Shown here: in pieces, positions 44,291 through 60,495 of the stretch
Position numbering within the stretch: position 1 is the stretch's first letter
Layout: each line of letters begins with the position of its first letter
DNA from: the human T2T-CHM13v2.0 reference genome, Homo sapiens
Direction: 5' to 3' (one strand)
NCBI RefSeq assembly: GCF_009914755.1
Contig: NC_060929.1
DNA length: 64,000 nucleotides
Translations under genes and position numbers: made by a program
The notes under the pieces: model-generated
Seen by the model: only the letters and a program-made list of their open reading frames with translations
The model's database searches: none
What the model was told of the DNA's origin: nothing

Positions 44291-45085
44291 TATAAACCAA
44301 AAATTGACTGAGGCATGTCTCAATCATTTTAGAGGGTTATTTTGCCAAGGTTGAGGATGCACCTGGGGAAGGGGGAAAAAAACAATCACAGGAGCATCTG
44401 TAATCTGTGCTTTTCCCAAAGACAATTTTGAGGACTTCAATATTTAAAGGGGAAAGAGTAAGCAGGAGGGGAAGGAGGAAAGTAAATAAAAGCGGGAGGA
44501 TAGGCAATGGAGACAAGTGGGTTACAGTCTTGTGAGGCTTTGATTAGCACTCAGGGAATCTACGTTTTACGTGTAAACAGGTGGGTAGAGGAAAAGTCAA
44601 TTATGCCTTCATCTAGTGCCCAGGAAATCTGTATTTTACATGCAAGAAACTAAACTTGTGAAAAGATGGAGTAGAGGAAGAAGTCCCTTGTGTGTTCACC
44701 TTGACGTTGGTAGAGGAAAGATTTCTAGACTTGACCTTGCCCTCTACCTGTGAAGATAAGCTGGTAATTTACACTGTCGGGGTGAGAGTCAACAGAACTC
44801 TGTTTTAGGGTTAGTTTACAGTGGGGATATGCATCCTGAAAGATTTGGGGCCCACAGGGAATTTCTTTGTGAGCAATTTGTGAGAGAGGCCATCTGGGAA
44901 ATGTGTTGCCTTTTATCATTTTTGAAACCTGGCTTATGTTTGAGGCTATGACACAAGGTTATGAAATTGCAGTTATCTGTTTGGGAGTGAGAGGAAGACC
45001 ATTTTTTTTCATGATTCAGTTCCCAAGCTCAACTTTCTCTTTGGCACAGCGAGTTTGTGGTCCCAAGATTCTATTTTCTTTCACA
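44291..45085 (-). mobile_element. MER4-family solo LTR (MER4A/E-like)
   Basis: Minus strand begins tgtgaaagaaaatagaatcttgggaccacaaactc; ~795 bp; 4-bp TSD-like agat/atat. Confidence 0.8.
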
Positions 45086-45886
45086 ATATTCTATATTGTA
45101 TTATAAATGACTTATATCAATAAATATATGTCAATGTATGTTTGTATAAAATTAATAAATTATAAATAAATATATTAATTTATACATGTAAAATAGTGTC
45201 TGTGTGTTTGTGTATGTCTGTGTGAACACATGTATGCAAATATTTCTGATGTACCTAATAACGATTTTTCATTTCACTGTCTTGGAATATGTAATGAGGT
45301 AATACATGTTTCAGCATATCTGAAGCATGTCTTCTTTCTTTCTTTAATGTCTCTTCTTTTTTGATGGCTTCATGAGCCCCAGAAATGTTTAACACATAAT
45401 AGGAAACCTTTTCTTTACACCACATGGTTGCTTTGTTTTCTGTTATTCTGAGTCATATGGCCACTGATAATCTGGATGTACTAGAGTCATGATTCCTTTA
45501 TGGCAAGAAAGGAATTCTTGTGTTCTGGGGCTGTACTTGTGGTCACTTGTGCAGTACAGAAACCCATATATGCTGGTAGAAAAAAAAAAAAAACAAACTT
45601 TCTCACTTTTAGAGTTCCATTCAGTTATGGCATCATCTTGTGAGAGAATGCTTAGGTTCTAAATAAATACAACTTTTGCCATATGATTTGTTGATTACAC
45701 ACATATGTATACAGGAATATTCCCTAAATGCAGTCACAGTGTCAACATAGCTTGACCTAATCAATTTAAGTGTTAGCCACATTCTGAACTGAAAGTATAT
45801 AAATGGAAATTTATTATTTTAAATGATGCCTGAATGGAAAATTTTTAAATTCTTGGATATTTTGAAAGAACTTTATCACTTTAAAC

Positions 45887-46218
45887 AATGACCACTAGCC
45901 ACAAGGAAAGAAGACGAAGTTTGAATAGCTTCTGTCCCTCTGCTTTCCCTTTTCCATTTGTAAGAAAGGACTCTGGGGTTTTTACTGTTACCTGATCAAT
46001 GACAGAGCCTTCTGAGGACATTCCAAGACAGTACACAGTCCTGCGGTCTCCTTGGAAATCCGTATAGATAACATTTCAAGGGCAATACCACATTGATTTT
46101 GACTGCATATTCATATAAACTTTTTAAACAGTTGAGTGATAGAGTTAACCCCTTATCTGTAAGTTTTGAATTTACATTGTTTAATCCCATGTACAAAACC
46201 ATTTTTCCTCCAAAAAAA
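45887..46218 (+). pseudogene. NCL: 5'-truncated processed pseudogene of nucleolin (last 12 codons plus 3'UTR)
   Basis: gac cac tag cca caa gga aag aag acg aag ttt gaa tag = DH*PQGKKTKFE* versus the nucleolin C-terminus DHKPQGKKTKFE*; followed by NCL 3'UTR-like cttctgtccctctgctttccc...cccatgtacaaaaccattttt, a short A tail and a degenerate TSD. Confidence 0.88.
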
Positions 46219-46254
46219 TGATGACTTGACAAAGCATCAAATTTTTTATTTTGC

Positions 46255-46482
46255 TCTTTTTTTTTTCGGAGACAGGGTCTGACTCCATCACCCAGGCTGG
46301 AATGCAGTGGCGCAATCACAGCTCACTTCAGTCTCCACCTTCAGCGCTTTTGGTGATTATCTAACCTTACCTTAGCTCACCTGAGTAGCTGGGACTACAG
46401 GTGTGTGCCACCACTCCTTGCTAATTTTTGTATTTTCTTGTAGAGATGAGGTTTCATCGCATTGCCCAGGAGGGTCTCAAAG
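46255..46482 (-). mobile_element. 5'-truncated AluJ-type element
   Basis: Antisense right monomer plus part of the left monomer. Confidence 0.85.
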
Positions 46483-48846
46483 TTCATTTTTTTATCCAAG
46501 TTATTTGATATTCTAAAGTCTTCACTATTCTGTGAGATTTATTGTTTTTCAGGGTAAATTGAAACTACTAGGTTTTAGAATTTTTAAAACTTGTAAAATG
46601 CATTCATTTGTTCTAAGCATTATATTATTTTTCCCCCATATTATCATCATTCTTTATTGTACCATGTGACAGTTTCCACTATATCCAATCTCAAGTATTG
46701 TGTCATGTATATAAAATTTCTTCTACTATACAGTATATCTCATATACCACATATCATATATACATACATATGTTCATTCTATTATATAGTATATACATTT
46801 CTATCTATACTTCTATCTATATATTTCACCTTTTGTGAAATATACTGTAAATTATATTAAATTCTTTAATTTTCTGCACTTTGAGTTAGTTCCTCAAGTG
46901 TATGACTTCCTTCAACACATGATTTTTAGTACTGATATGTCTATCTCATACTGCTTCACATATGAATTGATTGTATCCAATGTTTTCTTATCCTATTATT
47001 CAGAACAACCACTAATATTTTGATATTTTAACTTTTTTCTTCTATTCTTAGCATAATTTAGTATATTTCTTTTAGCATTTCTTAGCATAATTTCTTTTAG
47101 CATTTCTTAGCATAATTTAGTATAATTTCTTTTAGAAAAAGAAAAACTATAGCATATATTCAGCCATCTGTATTGCCTAAAAGAGCATTAATTTCCATGA
47201 ATTTATCCTGGGTTATGTATCAAGTTGTGGTGATTTTGGATCTCCCTTCAGTCTAATATTGATAATAAAGCTGATAACTTCTTGGGCATTGCACAAAATA
47301 ATCACTGGATAGTATCAGAGTGAGTTTTAAATCAGCCAATTCAGAGTTTCCTGGGGTAGGTTGAGGTGTATCTATAGGCAGTCTATAGGAAAAACAATTT
47401 TGGCAGTAGTGGGTAGTAGTTAAAGAAAAAACATATTATCTTGTTATTTATAATACAATAAACTGTATCTTCTATCATCAAACTTTACCTGAATAAAACA
47501 GCTTAGAAGGTTATGCCAGGACCAGGTTTTAGGAGGACATGCAGTATGTGATCTTCTCAGTACCTTAAAAATTAAGAATAATTATATTTATATTAGATTA
47601 GTCAACATTTTTATGAATGGCACTTGGTACTATTATCAAAAATTTAATACCTTTTTGCTTTACATGAAGCATACCTTAGAGGAAGAAAAATACACGCACA
47701 TTTGCATGTGAGTGTTTGCGTGTGTGTGTGTGTGTGTATCTTGAAGACACAGCCCTGCTGAGTTGTAATATAGCAGAATGCCTTGCTCTGTCTCTCATTC
47801 TTTATACCCTTATTGGCCAGGCTACAGCAGGACACTCAACTGCTTTTAATGACTTTCATTACTCCCTCTTATTTTCTAGGTTAATGACATATTGAAAGTG
47901 CTAATGGCATAAAATTTTCAAATAGCTCACACATCGTTCATGAAAGAGGCAGTGTATTTTACTTTATAAGCACATAATTTTTCCCAGTGGATTAACTGCA
48001 TCATTTTGCTGCTTTGTAATTTCTCAGTTTAATTGTGGAAGTTTTTTAAAAAATAAAAGCTAACAAAGCACAGTCTCCCAATTGAAGATGTGGTTGTGAA
48101 TGTGGCCATATTCCATGTCACCTCAATTACAGCTTGAGGTGGTCATATTCCATAATGTCCCCCCAGTGATGGCAGGAGGTATTACATAAGCTGGGAAAGG
48201 GAATATGGAAAATCAGAGATGTCAATCTGCTACCACTTTGTTTTCTAAAATCCTATGATATTCCAAATCATGAGGACCCACTAATTAGAATAAATGAAGG
48301 GCTAGAAAAGGTGTAAAATTATTGGCATGAATAATGTTTTTCTATTTTGAGTTTCGTGAGTCATCTCTCCAAGTGCAACTTATAGAAAATCATTCAATTA
48401 AATTATATTCTAAAAATTCAAAAAAAGTTTTACTCATTTAATTATAGAATACTTACATAAACAAGAAATGATACTATTTCTGAGCATGCCTTTTTGAATC
48501 ATATATTCTGTCCCTTTTTCTCTTTTATGGTGCAAGAAACATTGATATATTCAGAGTATTTTAGATAATAAAAAATTTTTGAAGTGCAAGAAGTTGAAGA
48601 AGAGAACAATATTATATATACAGTCAAGTCTTAAGGAAGAATAAGAATTGTTCCTCAAGCAGGTTTCCTGGAAATTAGCACAGTATTTATCAATTGAGTC
48701 ATAGTTCAAGATACAGCTCAGCTTTAGGAGCCTATTATTTTGTCAGTTCTTTAGCAGGAGTTGAGTGTTACACTAGTATCTTAAATCAATTTTGTTAGAA
48801 GTTTCTTAGTTAATGCTTTCTGTGAAAGTCTTAAAGAGGTGTTCTC

Positions 48847-51320
<2,474 letters not shown>

Positions 51321-54300
51321 GACATAAATATTTTAAAGTGTTCTCAGAAGCAGGACTGAAAGAAGCAGGACAGGGCAGGAAAATGGCTAAGGAAAGATGC
51401 GATCTATACTAGAAACTAGCTTCAGGCTTGTGCCACATGTTACCATGGAGTACAGTCTACACACAAAGATTATCCAGCCTTAAAGCCAGGAGTTAGACTC
51501 TTGTACTCCACTTCCCTGTCAGTTACAGGCCTCCTACCTCTGCAACACAGTGTCATTTTCCTCTAAGGAGGCTAGAGAAGGTGATTTTCCAAAGAAGGAT
51601 CCAGTGTGGGGCCAGACAGCCAACATTTATGGCAGCTGGGGAATGGGTGCAATATCCTGGGGAAATTGATCCAATTAGCTTCCAAAGTCCCTATTCCAGA
51701 AAAGCTAGCTAGTTTAGGAAGTGTTTCCTTGATAGGCTATATCATTGGCCATGGCCAATCTCCTTTGGGTCAGGGGTTCACCTTTGATGTCTAGTAGATT
51801 TATGAAATTAACATGTCCCAAAGATAATTTTGATTCCAATCCTGTAAATTTGCTTTTTTTCCCCAACTCTTTCTCATCTCAGTAAATTACATATTCTCTT
51901 GGGAGATGCACATGAAAACACCTAGAAATCATACTTTTCACCCCTTGATCCCCATATTCAATCTATCAGCTAAACCTTGCTTAACTGTGTTCATGTTTTT
52001 GTTATGTTTTTACTGTTTCTAATGCTCCCTTCCACCACGGTATCTAATATGTTTGAGGGTAATAATCTTGCCTATTTGTTTATCTCACTATAATCAAAGG
52101 TAAATATGTTTGCCACTCAATTAACCTTTGTTTAATTAACAAATACAGTTCCAGAAACCTCAAAGATTAATATCTATATTTTATTGTATTTTATAGTGAT
52201 GCTCAAAAGCCTCTATTTATATGATCAATCTTAAGTGAATAGCTGCAAAAATGAAGTGTTGCTTCATATTTCCTTTACCTTCTTTATACCAGGTTTTGTA
52301 TCATCACAAAAAAGAGTGCAATATTTTCTCTAATGTTTAATGCTGTGATCATTCAATTATATAGGTTCTGAAAGCATTCTTTAATTCTAACTCAGCTTTC
52401 TTCATTAATCAGGGTGTAGTTTTCAACTTAAGCCCTCCCACAGGACTGGAAGAGATAAGCAGAGAATTCATTAATTATCGTAATATTAAGCTTTAATAAT
52501 AGAAAACATATTTTCATGTCTCTATGAAAAGTACATTAACAATACAATTTAATCTTTGCATCTGGTCTCTAAGCAAGAAACATGATTCACACGGGGATAC
52601 TTTTTTCTTTGAAACCACATTCCAATCCTCATCCCAGGATGCCATTCTTCATCTTAATGTTGGTGTGTTTGATACATTAACACACAGAACATGGAGCTTA
52701 AATTTCCTGCTGATCTGCTATTATGTCACTTAGTCTTCTCAGGAGATAACTGTCTTGAAAATATAGGCAAGAAAGACAAATGACAACTCCACAGATAAAT
52801 GCATGTTTGTTGTGTTTTCAACCCAAGACATATACTAGATATATTGACACTAAGACAAGAGCATAAAGTATACCTCCTTCCAACTAGACGCACAAAGAAA
52901 ACACAAAATTAACAAATGAAAAATATCTTTGAACATTCATGTTATAATTACAAACTTATAAAGATCAAATTACCTTTTGAAATATTTTCTATAAAGCCAT
53001 AGTGTTTAAAAAACAATAAATGAAATTAAGTTGCTTGAGCAGCAGGAAATTGAATTTTAGACAGAAACTGTCAGACTGATATCATCTATCTTTCCAACGA
53101 AGACATCAATCATTGTTTCTTCCCTCCCTTCAGTACTACTTTCCACACTTTCGGCTGTCTATGCTAAAATAGCTGAATTGAGTTGCTTCTGCCTTACTTG
53201 TGTTTCATTTTTCTATTTTTAGTAAGCCTCTGGAGGGATAGAAAAAAATAGTGTTGTTTATAATAAAAAAATCTTTGGATAGTTAAACATAAAAGTACTA
53301 TAACAGAGTGCAAATTACACTGCTCCTTAAATAAGAGATATTAAAAACAGGCATAAAGTATGCATATTTATTATACCTATTTGGTTGTATATTTTCTTTT
53401 ATAGAAATCAATGTACTTTCTGCCATGGATTAATTTTCTAAAGCTAGAAGTCCTTGTAAAAGAAGGCTGGACTCTATAGTTTGTTGTCTAATGTTATAGT
53501 GTTTGTAAGTCTTTTATAATTAAATATATTTCTCTAAGGTGGTATGCATGCCTCTTTCAATAATCTAGATCTCTTGCTTACTTTTACAATCAAGGTACTT
53601 CTTGATACTAGAATTATCAAATATCATCAAACAGTTTTAAATATAATATGACACCTTGATTTTACCATACTATATACCCAAACTAATTTATATTTGGTTA
53701 CATTCCTTAATTATTAACTTGATTATATATGACTGAACTTTCCAAAGTGGATTGTGTTTAAATTTTAATTATTTTCTTTACATATAAAATATGATGTTTT
53801 TAAAAAAGCTTCTTATAAAAACTAGCTTTTGTAAAACTTTTAACTAATTATTGGCTCCAGAGAGGTATTTTTAAATTAATGCAAATGAAATGTAATGTGA
53901 ATTTCAATAACATGCATGGAGTTATAAAATATCATGTAATATTTAAGTTGGAAAGAGATTTGAACACCAAAATATGGTTTACTGCATTTATAAATTTAAT
54001 ATTTTATATTTGATTTAATAATAATAGTTTTGGATGCACCATATGTGTAAACTGATGTGAACCATAAGTATACACAATTTTGCATGTAATTGTACAGTGT
54101 TCACTGATTCCCTTGGTTCAACTATTTACCAACTATGGACCAACCATTTTTAAAATAGCATTTTCTCCAATAAATTTCCTAGAGAATGTATTTGTATAAT
54201 TTCTATTGCTTAAAATATAAAAATGATTTACTGAACTCAATGATGAGAAGTTAAGAAAAGATAGCATGTTCTTTTAACATTTATTGAGGGTTAACTTTAA

Positions 54301-55069
54301 AATATTAACTGTATTCTTCAGTTACAGGTGTAGAAATTGTTTCTTGGTTAGTTTCTAAAAGATAAGGTGGATGGTAAAATTACAATTTTAAAACAATGTC
54401 TATAAGTATATTTTCATTGGGTCATACAAAATATGTTTTTCTCTCTGAAATTAAATCATCATTTTCTATATAATTAGTAATAATTTCAAAAGTCTTCCTA
54501 TTTTCAGTCAGCCATTCAATTAAACTCAATGTTTATAATCAAATTCTATTCTAGTCTCTCAAACTTACAAGACCCTGAGGATGATTTTCAAAAGTATAAG
54601 TTTACTTTAATGTTAAAAATGCAAAGTTTATAAACACAATAGAGTCTGACATTAGTAAAAGACAGTATGTAGAAGTGTAATATAGTTTATAAGTTAAAAA
54701 AATAAAAGCCTCACTTCTATTGCTACATCAACCTTAGCAGTTTGTTCTTCCAGAACAAGAGTAGTTCTCACAACAGGAGTAAAATTTAAAGAAATTTAAG
54801 TTTAAGAAATTTTAAAGAAATTTAAGTTTAGGTTTACAGAGTAATCTTATGTTTCAGACACCGCTCATTGCTTAAAAATCAAGGACATATTCCATTTTCT
54901 TTTTTTTTTTCTTCTTTAGTGATACCTATCAAATTTCTGGAATAAAGTTGTGGCAATGTTCTTAAGAAATCTGGGTTCCTCTACCAGCTCCAAAGGTAAA
55001 TAGAAATAGTCTAATCCAGTCATAGGCCACTGTGATTTAAATGGACGTCTACTCCACTCAGGTGGACTT

Positions 55070-55420
55070 TAAAAAGTTGGTCTCATAGAAGTAGAAAGAA
55101 GAATAGTAGTTACCAGAGCATGGGGAAGGTAGGAGAATGGAGAAATGGTGAAAGATTTTTCAGTGAGTCCAAAGCTACAGTAGGGTAGAAATAATAAGTT
55201 TATCGGACTTATTATTGGATAATAGTATGATTAGAGTTAACAATAATGAATTGTATATTTCAAAATATATCGAAGAGAGGTTTTGAATATTCTCATCCAA
55301 AGAAAAGATTAAGGGAATTAATATGCTAAAAAGCCTTATTTGATCATAACACAATGTATACAAACACATGTAAATATTACATTTTACTCCATGAATATGT
55401 ACAATTATTATGTGTCAATC
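55070..55420 (+). mobile_element. L1MA 3'UTR fragment
   Basis: tctcatagaagtagaaag..aatagtagttaccagag...gaatatgtacaattattatgtgtcaat. Confidence 0.85.
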
Positions 55421-55941
55421 ATGATTGTATGTATTCATGGAACAAAATGTAATATTTGCATACATATACAATGCAAAAATATAAGTGCATATTATTAAAT
55501 ATTGAGAGAGACAACATTTAAAGGTATATGAATATGTAAAATCAGTTGTCTAAAATATGTAAAATCAGTTGTCTAAATGCTTGCCTACTCTGACTATAAT
55601 TGTAAAAGTAACACACTTTTATAATTTTTATAAGCATAGACATATTCATTAATTTCAAGTAGATTACAGATGTCTTCTATCAAAATAAAAACTGCAAATT
55701 CAAATTGCAGATAATATTTTTGTAGGTTTAAGATAATTTTGAAATAACTTTCTAATTTGACTGTTAGTATTATCGTATAGTTCTGGGGAGCTTAGCTAGA
55801 ATGAAAGGAATCCGGCTCTGGCACAGGAGAGTAAGATCATACAGAAATATTTTGAGAGCATAAAATTGAATTTCTGTATATAGGAAAAATACTCAAAGTC
55901 CTTTCGTTTGTAAATATTATCAATCTAAACTAAAAACACGA

Positions 55942-55980
<39 letters not shown>

Positions 55981-56200
55981 GTGAGAAAGAGAGAGAGAGA
56001 ATCACTCTGTTGCCCAGGCTGTAATACAGTAACACAATCATAGAACACTGCAGCCTCAATCTTAACTCAAGCAATTCTCTCACCTCAGCCCTACTGAGTA
56101 TCTGGGACCACAGGCATGTGCCACCATGCCTAGCTAATTTTTTAACTTTACTATATTTTATTATTTGTTAAGACAAGGGTCTCCCTATGTTACCTAGGCT
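55942..56200 (-). mobile_element. Truncated AluJ/FRAM with a (TG)n(AG)n tail
   Basis: cactctgttgcccaggctg..cactgcagcctcaa..ccaccatgcctagctaattttt. Confidence 0.8.
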
Positions 56201-56347
56201 TTTTTTTTCTATTTATGCCAAAGTCCATCCTGCTAAAAAAAAAAAAAAAATAGAACCATTGATTATAAAATTCATCATGTAGTTTGTCTCTTAAGATAAA
56301 ATCAATATTGTTGAGTATTCCAACTTGCTGATTAAGAAAGCTTAAAT

Positions 56348-56812
56348 ATCCAGTAGGATTGCTGTGTCAAATGGTATTTCTGGTTCTAGGTCTTTGAGGA
56401 ATCTCCACATTGTCTTCCACAATGGTTGAAGTAATGGTACATACACACCATGGAATACAATGCAGCCATAAAAAGGAATGAGATCATACACTTTGCAGGG
56501 AATTGGATGGAGCTAGAAGCCTCAGGAAACTAACACAGGAACAGAAAACCAAACACCACATGTTCTCATGTATAAGTGGGAACTAAACAATGAGAATACA
56601 TTGACACAGGGAGGGATACAACACACAGTGGGGCCTGTCAGGGGTGGAGGGAGGGACAGCATCAGGATAAACAGCTAATGCATGTGGGGCTTAATACCTA
56701 GGTGATGGGTTGATAGGTGAAGCAAACCACCATGGCACATGTTTACATGTGTAACAAACCTGCACATCTTGCACATGTAACCTGAAACTTAAAATATAAT
56801 AAAATAAAAATT
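56348..56812 (+). mobile_element. L1PA 3' end with 5' inversion
   Basis: Antisense piece ~56348-56435 (ggattgctgtgtcaaatggtatttctggttctag) fused to sense ggtacatacacaccatggaatac...aacttaaaatataataaaa; degenerate TSD attaagaaagcttaaata/attaaaaatgctgaaata. Confidence 0.9.
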
Positions 56813-57231
56813 ATTAAAAATGCTGAAATAAAATAACAATATTGAACAGGTCCATAAACTATTAGGAAAGTAATAAGCAGGTACTAACTTGTACAAATAT
56901 AATCACACTACTTTGAAAGTTGAGAAAACTTGTCTAAGAAGTTGCTCAAGATTGGAATCCAGAGTTTTCTTAGCAAAAAGTTGTGAGTGTTTTCCAAGAT
57001 ACTTGTGTCTGAGGGTACAAATGTTTATGTTGTGGAGACTCATTGCAATGGCTCTAGTATTTATTAAATAAAATGTTACCTAAAATATTCATTACATTTT
57101 TAGTAAACAAATATGGATAAACAGGATAGACCTTTTGATGCTTGAATTAATTGACTACAGGGTGTTTTTATACTATATTCCAATTAAATATTAAAAATTA
57201 TCTACACAAAGTATGTTTTAAATTCTTTTGA

Positions 57232-57412
57232 TTATTATTATTATTATACTTTAAGTTTTAGGGTACATGTGCACAATGTGCAGGATTGTTACATATGTAT
57301 ACATGTGCCATGGTGGTCTGCTGCACCTATTAACTAGTCATTTAGCATTAGGTATATCACCTAATGCTATCCTCCCCGCTCCCCCCACCCCACAACAGTC
57401 CCCGGTGTGTGA
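57232..57412 (-). mobile_element. Short L1PA 3' end (antisense)
   Basis: ttattatactttaagttttagggtacatgtgcacaatgtgcagg...cccggtgtgtga; attctt on both flanks. Confidence 0.95.
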
Positions 57413-58179
57413 TTCTTAATTTATGTCATGCAATTAGAAAAATTTACGGTTTTTTGAGTACATTTTTTATATTTGTAAATAAAATGTTTCCAGAAAACAG
57501 AAAACTGCTCTTTCTGAATTTAATAGTGTGTGGCAAGTAGTGGGGAAAACAAGCACCTAATTCATCCAGAAGTGGTACTAGTTATGAATGTACATTCTAA
57601 ATTGTAGAGATCTAGCATTTCTAGTTCCACACAGTGGAAATAATTTTCTGTCCCATTAAGAAGAGTTTACTTCCAATGGTGATTTTCAAAGCAGTTTCAA
57701 TATCTACATTTTAATATACATTAATAACTAGATAATTGTTGGATCCTTACTCATAAACAAATACTGCACACCAAGCTAAAGACAATAAAAGCCAGAAAAG
57801 CCCTGAGCAATGGTTATTTCTAAAAAATAGTGAAATAAAATAAAGTCATTCCACAAATATTTATGTGTAAAATGACAAAAAACTGCTGCTGAATACTTCT
57901 GTAGTAGTGAATTTATAAAATAAATTTCATTTACTAAAATAATACTTAATTGTCAGTAACGGTTAATAGTTCTTATTCATGATCAGAGTTCAGACAGTGT
58001 GGTTTTCAGGCAAAGCTTATTCCTATGGTCATATATATGATTGCCCAAGAACAACTGTCTTTAGGCAGTTGCTTTTTGTAGCTCCCCAATGTTGTCTTTA
58101 TTCCCTCCTTTGTCACCAAATTTCTAAAGATCTGATTGAAAACTAGGAGAAAAGTTTCAAGGTTAGGTGGATAATGTGC

Positions 58180-58625
58180 AAGTGTGTGTTTCCTGAATAG
58201 TACTGCATGACAAACACTCCCAAACTCTCAGTGGCTTAAAACTATATTTATTTATACTAATGAGGCCAGGTAGCTCTATTTCAGCGGATCATTGAGGGGT
58301 TCAACCAGGCTTGAAGGACTCTAGGCTGAATCGCTACAGGTCCACTCCACGTATCTTTATTCCGGTTCTCAGACTGAAAGAGCATGGCTCCACGGGGCAT
58401 GCTCTTCTCATGCTAGCTCAACATACCTGATAAAAATTCACCATACGTTTTAAAGCTTCAGCTAGAACTGTATAACTATATTACGTTAGTCAAGGCAACT
58501 CACATGGCCGAGCCCCAATTCTCTCTAGCTGGAAGCACTGCAAAGTTACATGGAAAGAAATATCGGTGTCTAATTATATTATAGGGAAGAAATAAAAAGT
58601 CAGAGGCAATACTATATCAACCATT
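58180..58625 (-). mobile_element. Old MLT1 (J/K-like) LTR
   Basis: ctgcatgacaaacactcccaaactctcagtggcttaaaac...ggggcatgctcttctcatg...cacatggccgagccc. Confidence 0.7.
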
Positions 58626-60183
58626 ACTAGTTTGCCTGTCTCTGCTTCCAAGAGAAGAAGGTGGGAACTAGCTTACTACAATGTTCTTACAGATCTAGAT
58701 TATGTCGCCAGTTTTTCCAGCATTACGGTAATCCTTTGGGCTCCCACATCTAATTTTAGTACTATAAATTTTTTCTTCCTGAAGAGATACAGTCCAAAAT
58801 CTGTGAGTCTTACAGAAGCAGTTACGAATTATTTAAATGATCAGCTTCACAAAGCCAACCTTTTCTCTCTTTTTTAAAAAATAGCTTTGAGGTTAATATT
58901 TCTCTGTAAGAATTTATTCAGAGTGAACTAAGATTTTGACATATTATGTATTATCACAACTCAGGAAAAGAGCCTCTAAAATATTGAATCCTGGGTAGTA
59001 GTTATTCTAGTCTCTAAATCTTTCATAATCAGACTGTGTCTTAAAGATAGTTATGAAAATTATGCTGAGATATTTCAGTGCCAGCAGTTTTGCTTACACA
59101 TTGTCTATATATGCACATATATACATGCACACACATGTTTATGAACTAAGAAATAATACATATTTGTTAAAAGTAATACCAAATAAAACTAATTTACCCT
59201 ACATATGCAAATATATTCCTAAAAGTTATATTTCAGTATTTCTAATAATTTTAATTTGCCTTAACCTACATATTTTATATTGAGAACAAAGTGTTATATA
59301 TACAACAGCCCACTTGGGCCAGTGTACATCATTGATCTGAACATATTCCTGGTTAGCAGTGTATACAGAGTTTTCTCCATTCACCTTGTAACATTTTTCA
59401 AAAATGCTTTTATTCAATACATCTCAACATGAGTTGGAAACTTTCTGCAAGTATTGTTTCCTCTGGATAGAAGGCCTCGTATCAAAGAACAATTTCAGAA
59501 TACATTTTCAATATCTTGCATTTCTCAAAGAGGGAATAGAATTTCAAACTAATATGTTCTTAAAAGACTTATAGCTAAAGTCTAATGCATTACTGTATAT
59601 TACAGTCAAAGGATAAGTCTTTTAGAAATTCCTCCGTACTTTTTTTATTCAGGGAAAATTATTTTATAAGTTTCAAAGGCAGTGAAAATTTGGGGTAAAT
59701 TACACATGGGAGAATGTTAAAAGATATGTTATTACAAAAAAGTTTTCCTTCTCTATTTTAGATAATGTTTTGCTTCTCTGAATTAAAGCAGCATTCACCC
59801 TTTGTATTGAAAAATTCCATCTTTTAAAGCTAATATAAAAAGGTTAAACTTTTTCAACAGCAACAACTGGAGTGATGTGGTATAGCTGTACAATGACAAT
59901 TGAGAGAAAAGTGGCCAAAAATAAATATTACATTCTGTGGGGGCAAACGAAGGACTTATTTTATAAAAACATATTTGTCAAAAATATAAAGAGACCCTGA
60001 ATAAAGACAGCAAAAGAAACAAAAACTGTAGAATGTGTTAGAGATTGGAACTATATTGACAGTACTTTATTTTAACAATAGTTCAAACAACTTATTTCAG
60101 ACACAGTAGAGATAGTAGAAAAACAGAAACATTTACTAACATAACATTTTAAGAAAATATTTTTTTTCTTAAAAAACTGTTCA

Positions 60184-60495
<312 letters not shown>

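Noticed and set aside
45996-46319. 107-aa minus-strand ORF
   Set aside because: Starts in an Alu and reads antisense through the NCL 3'UTR copy
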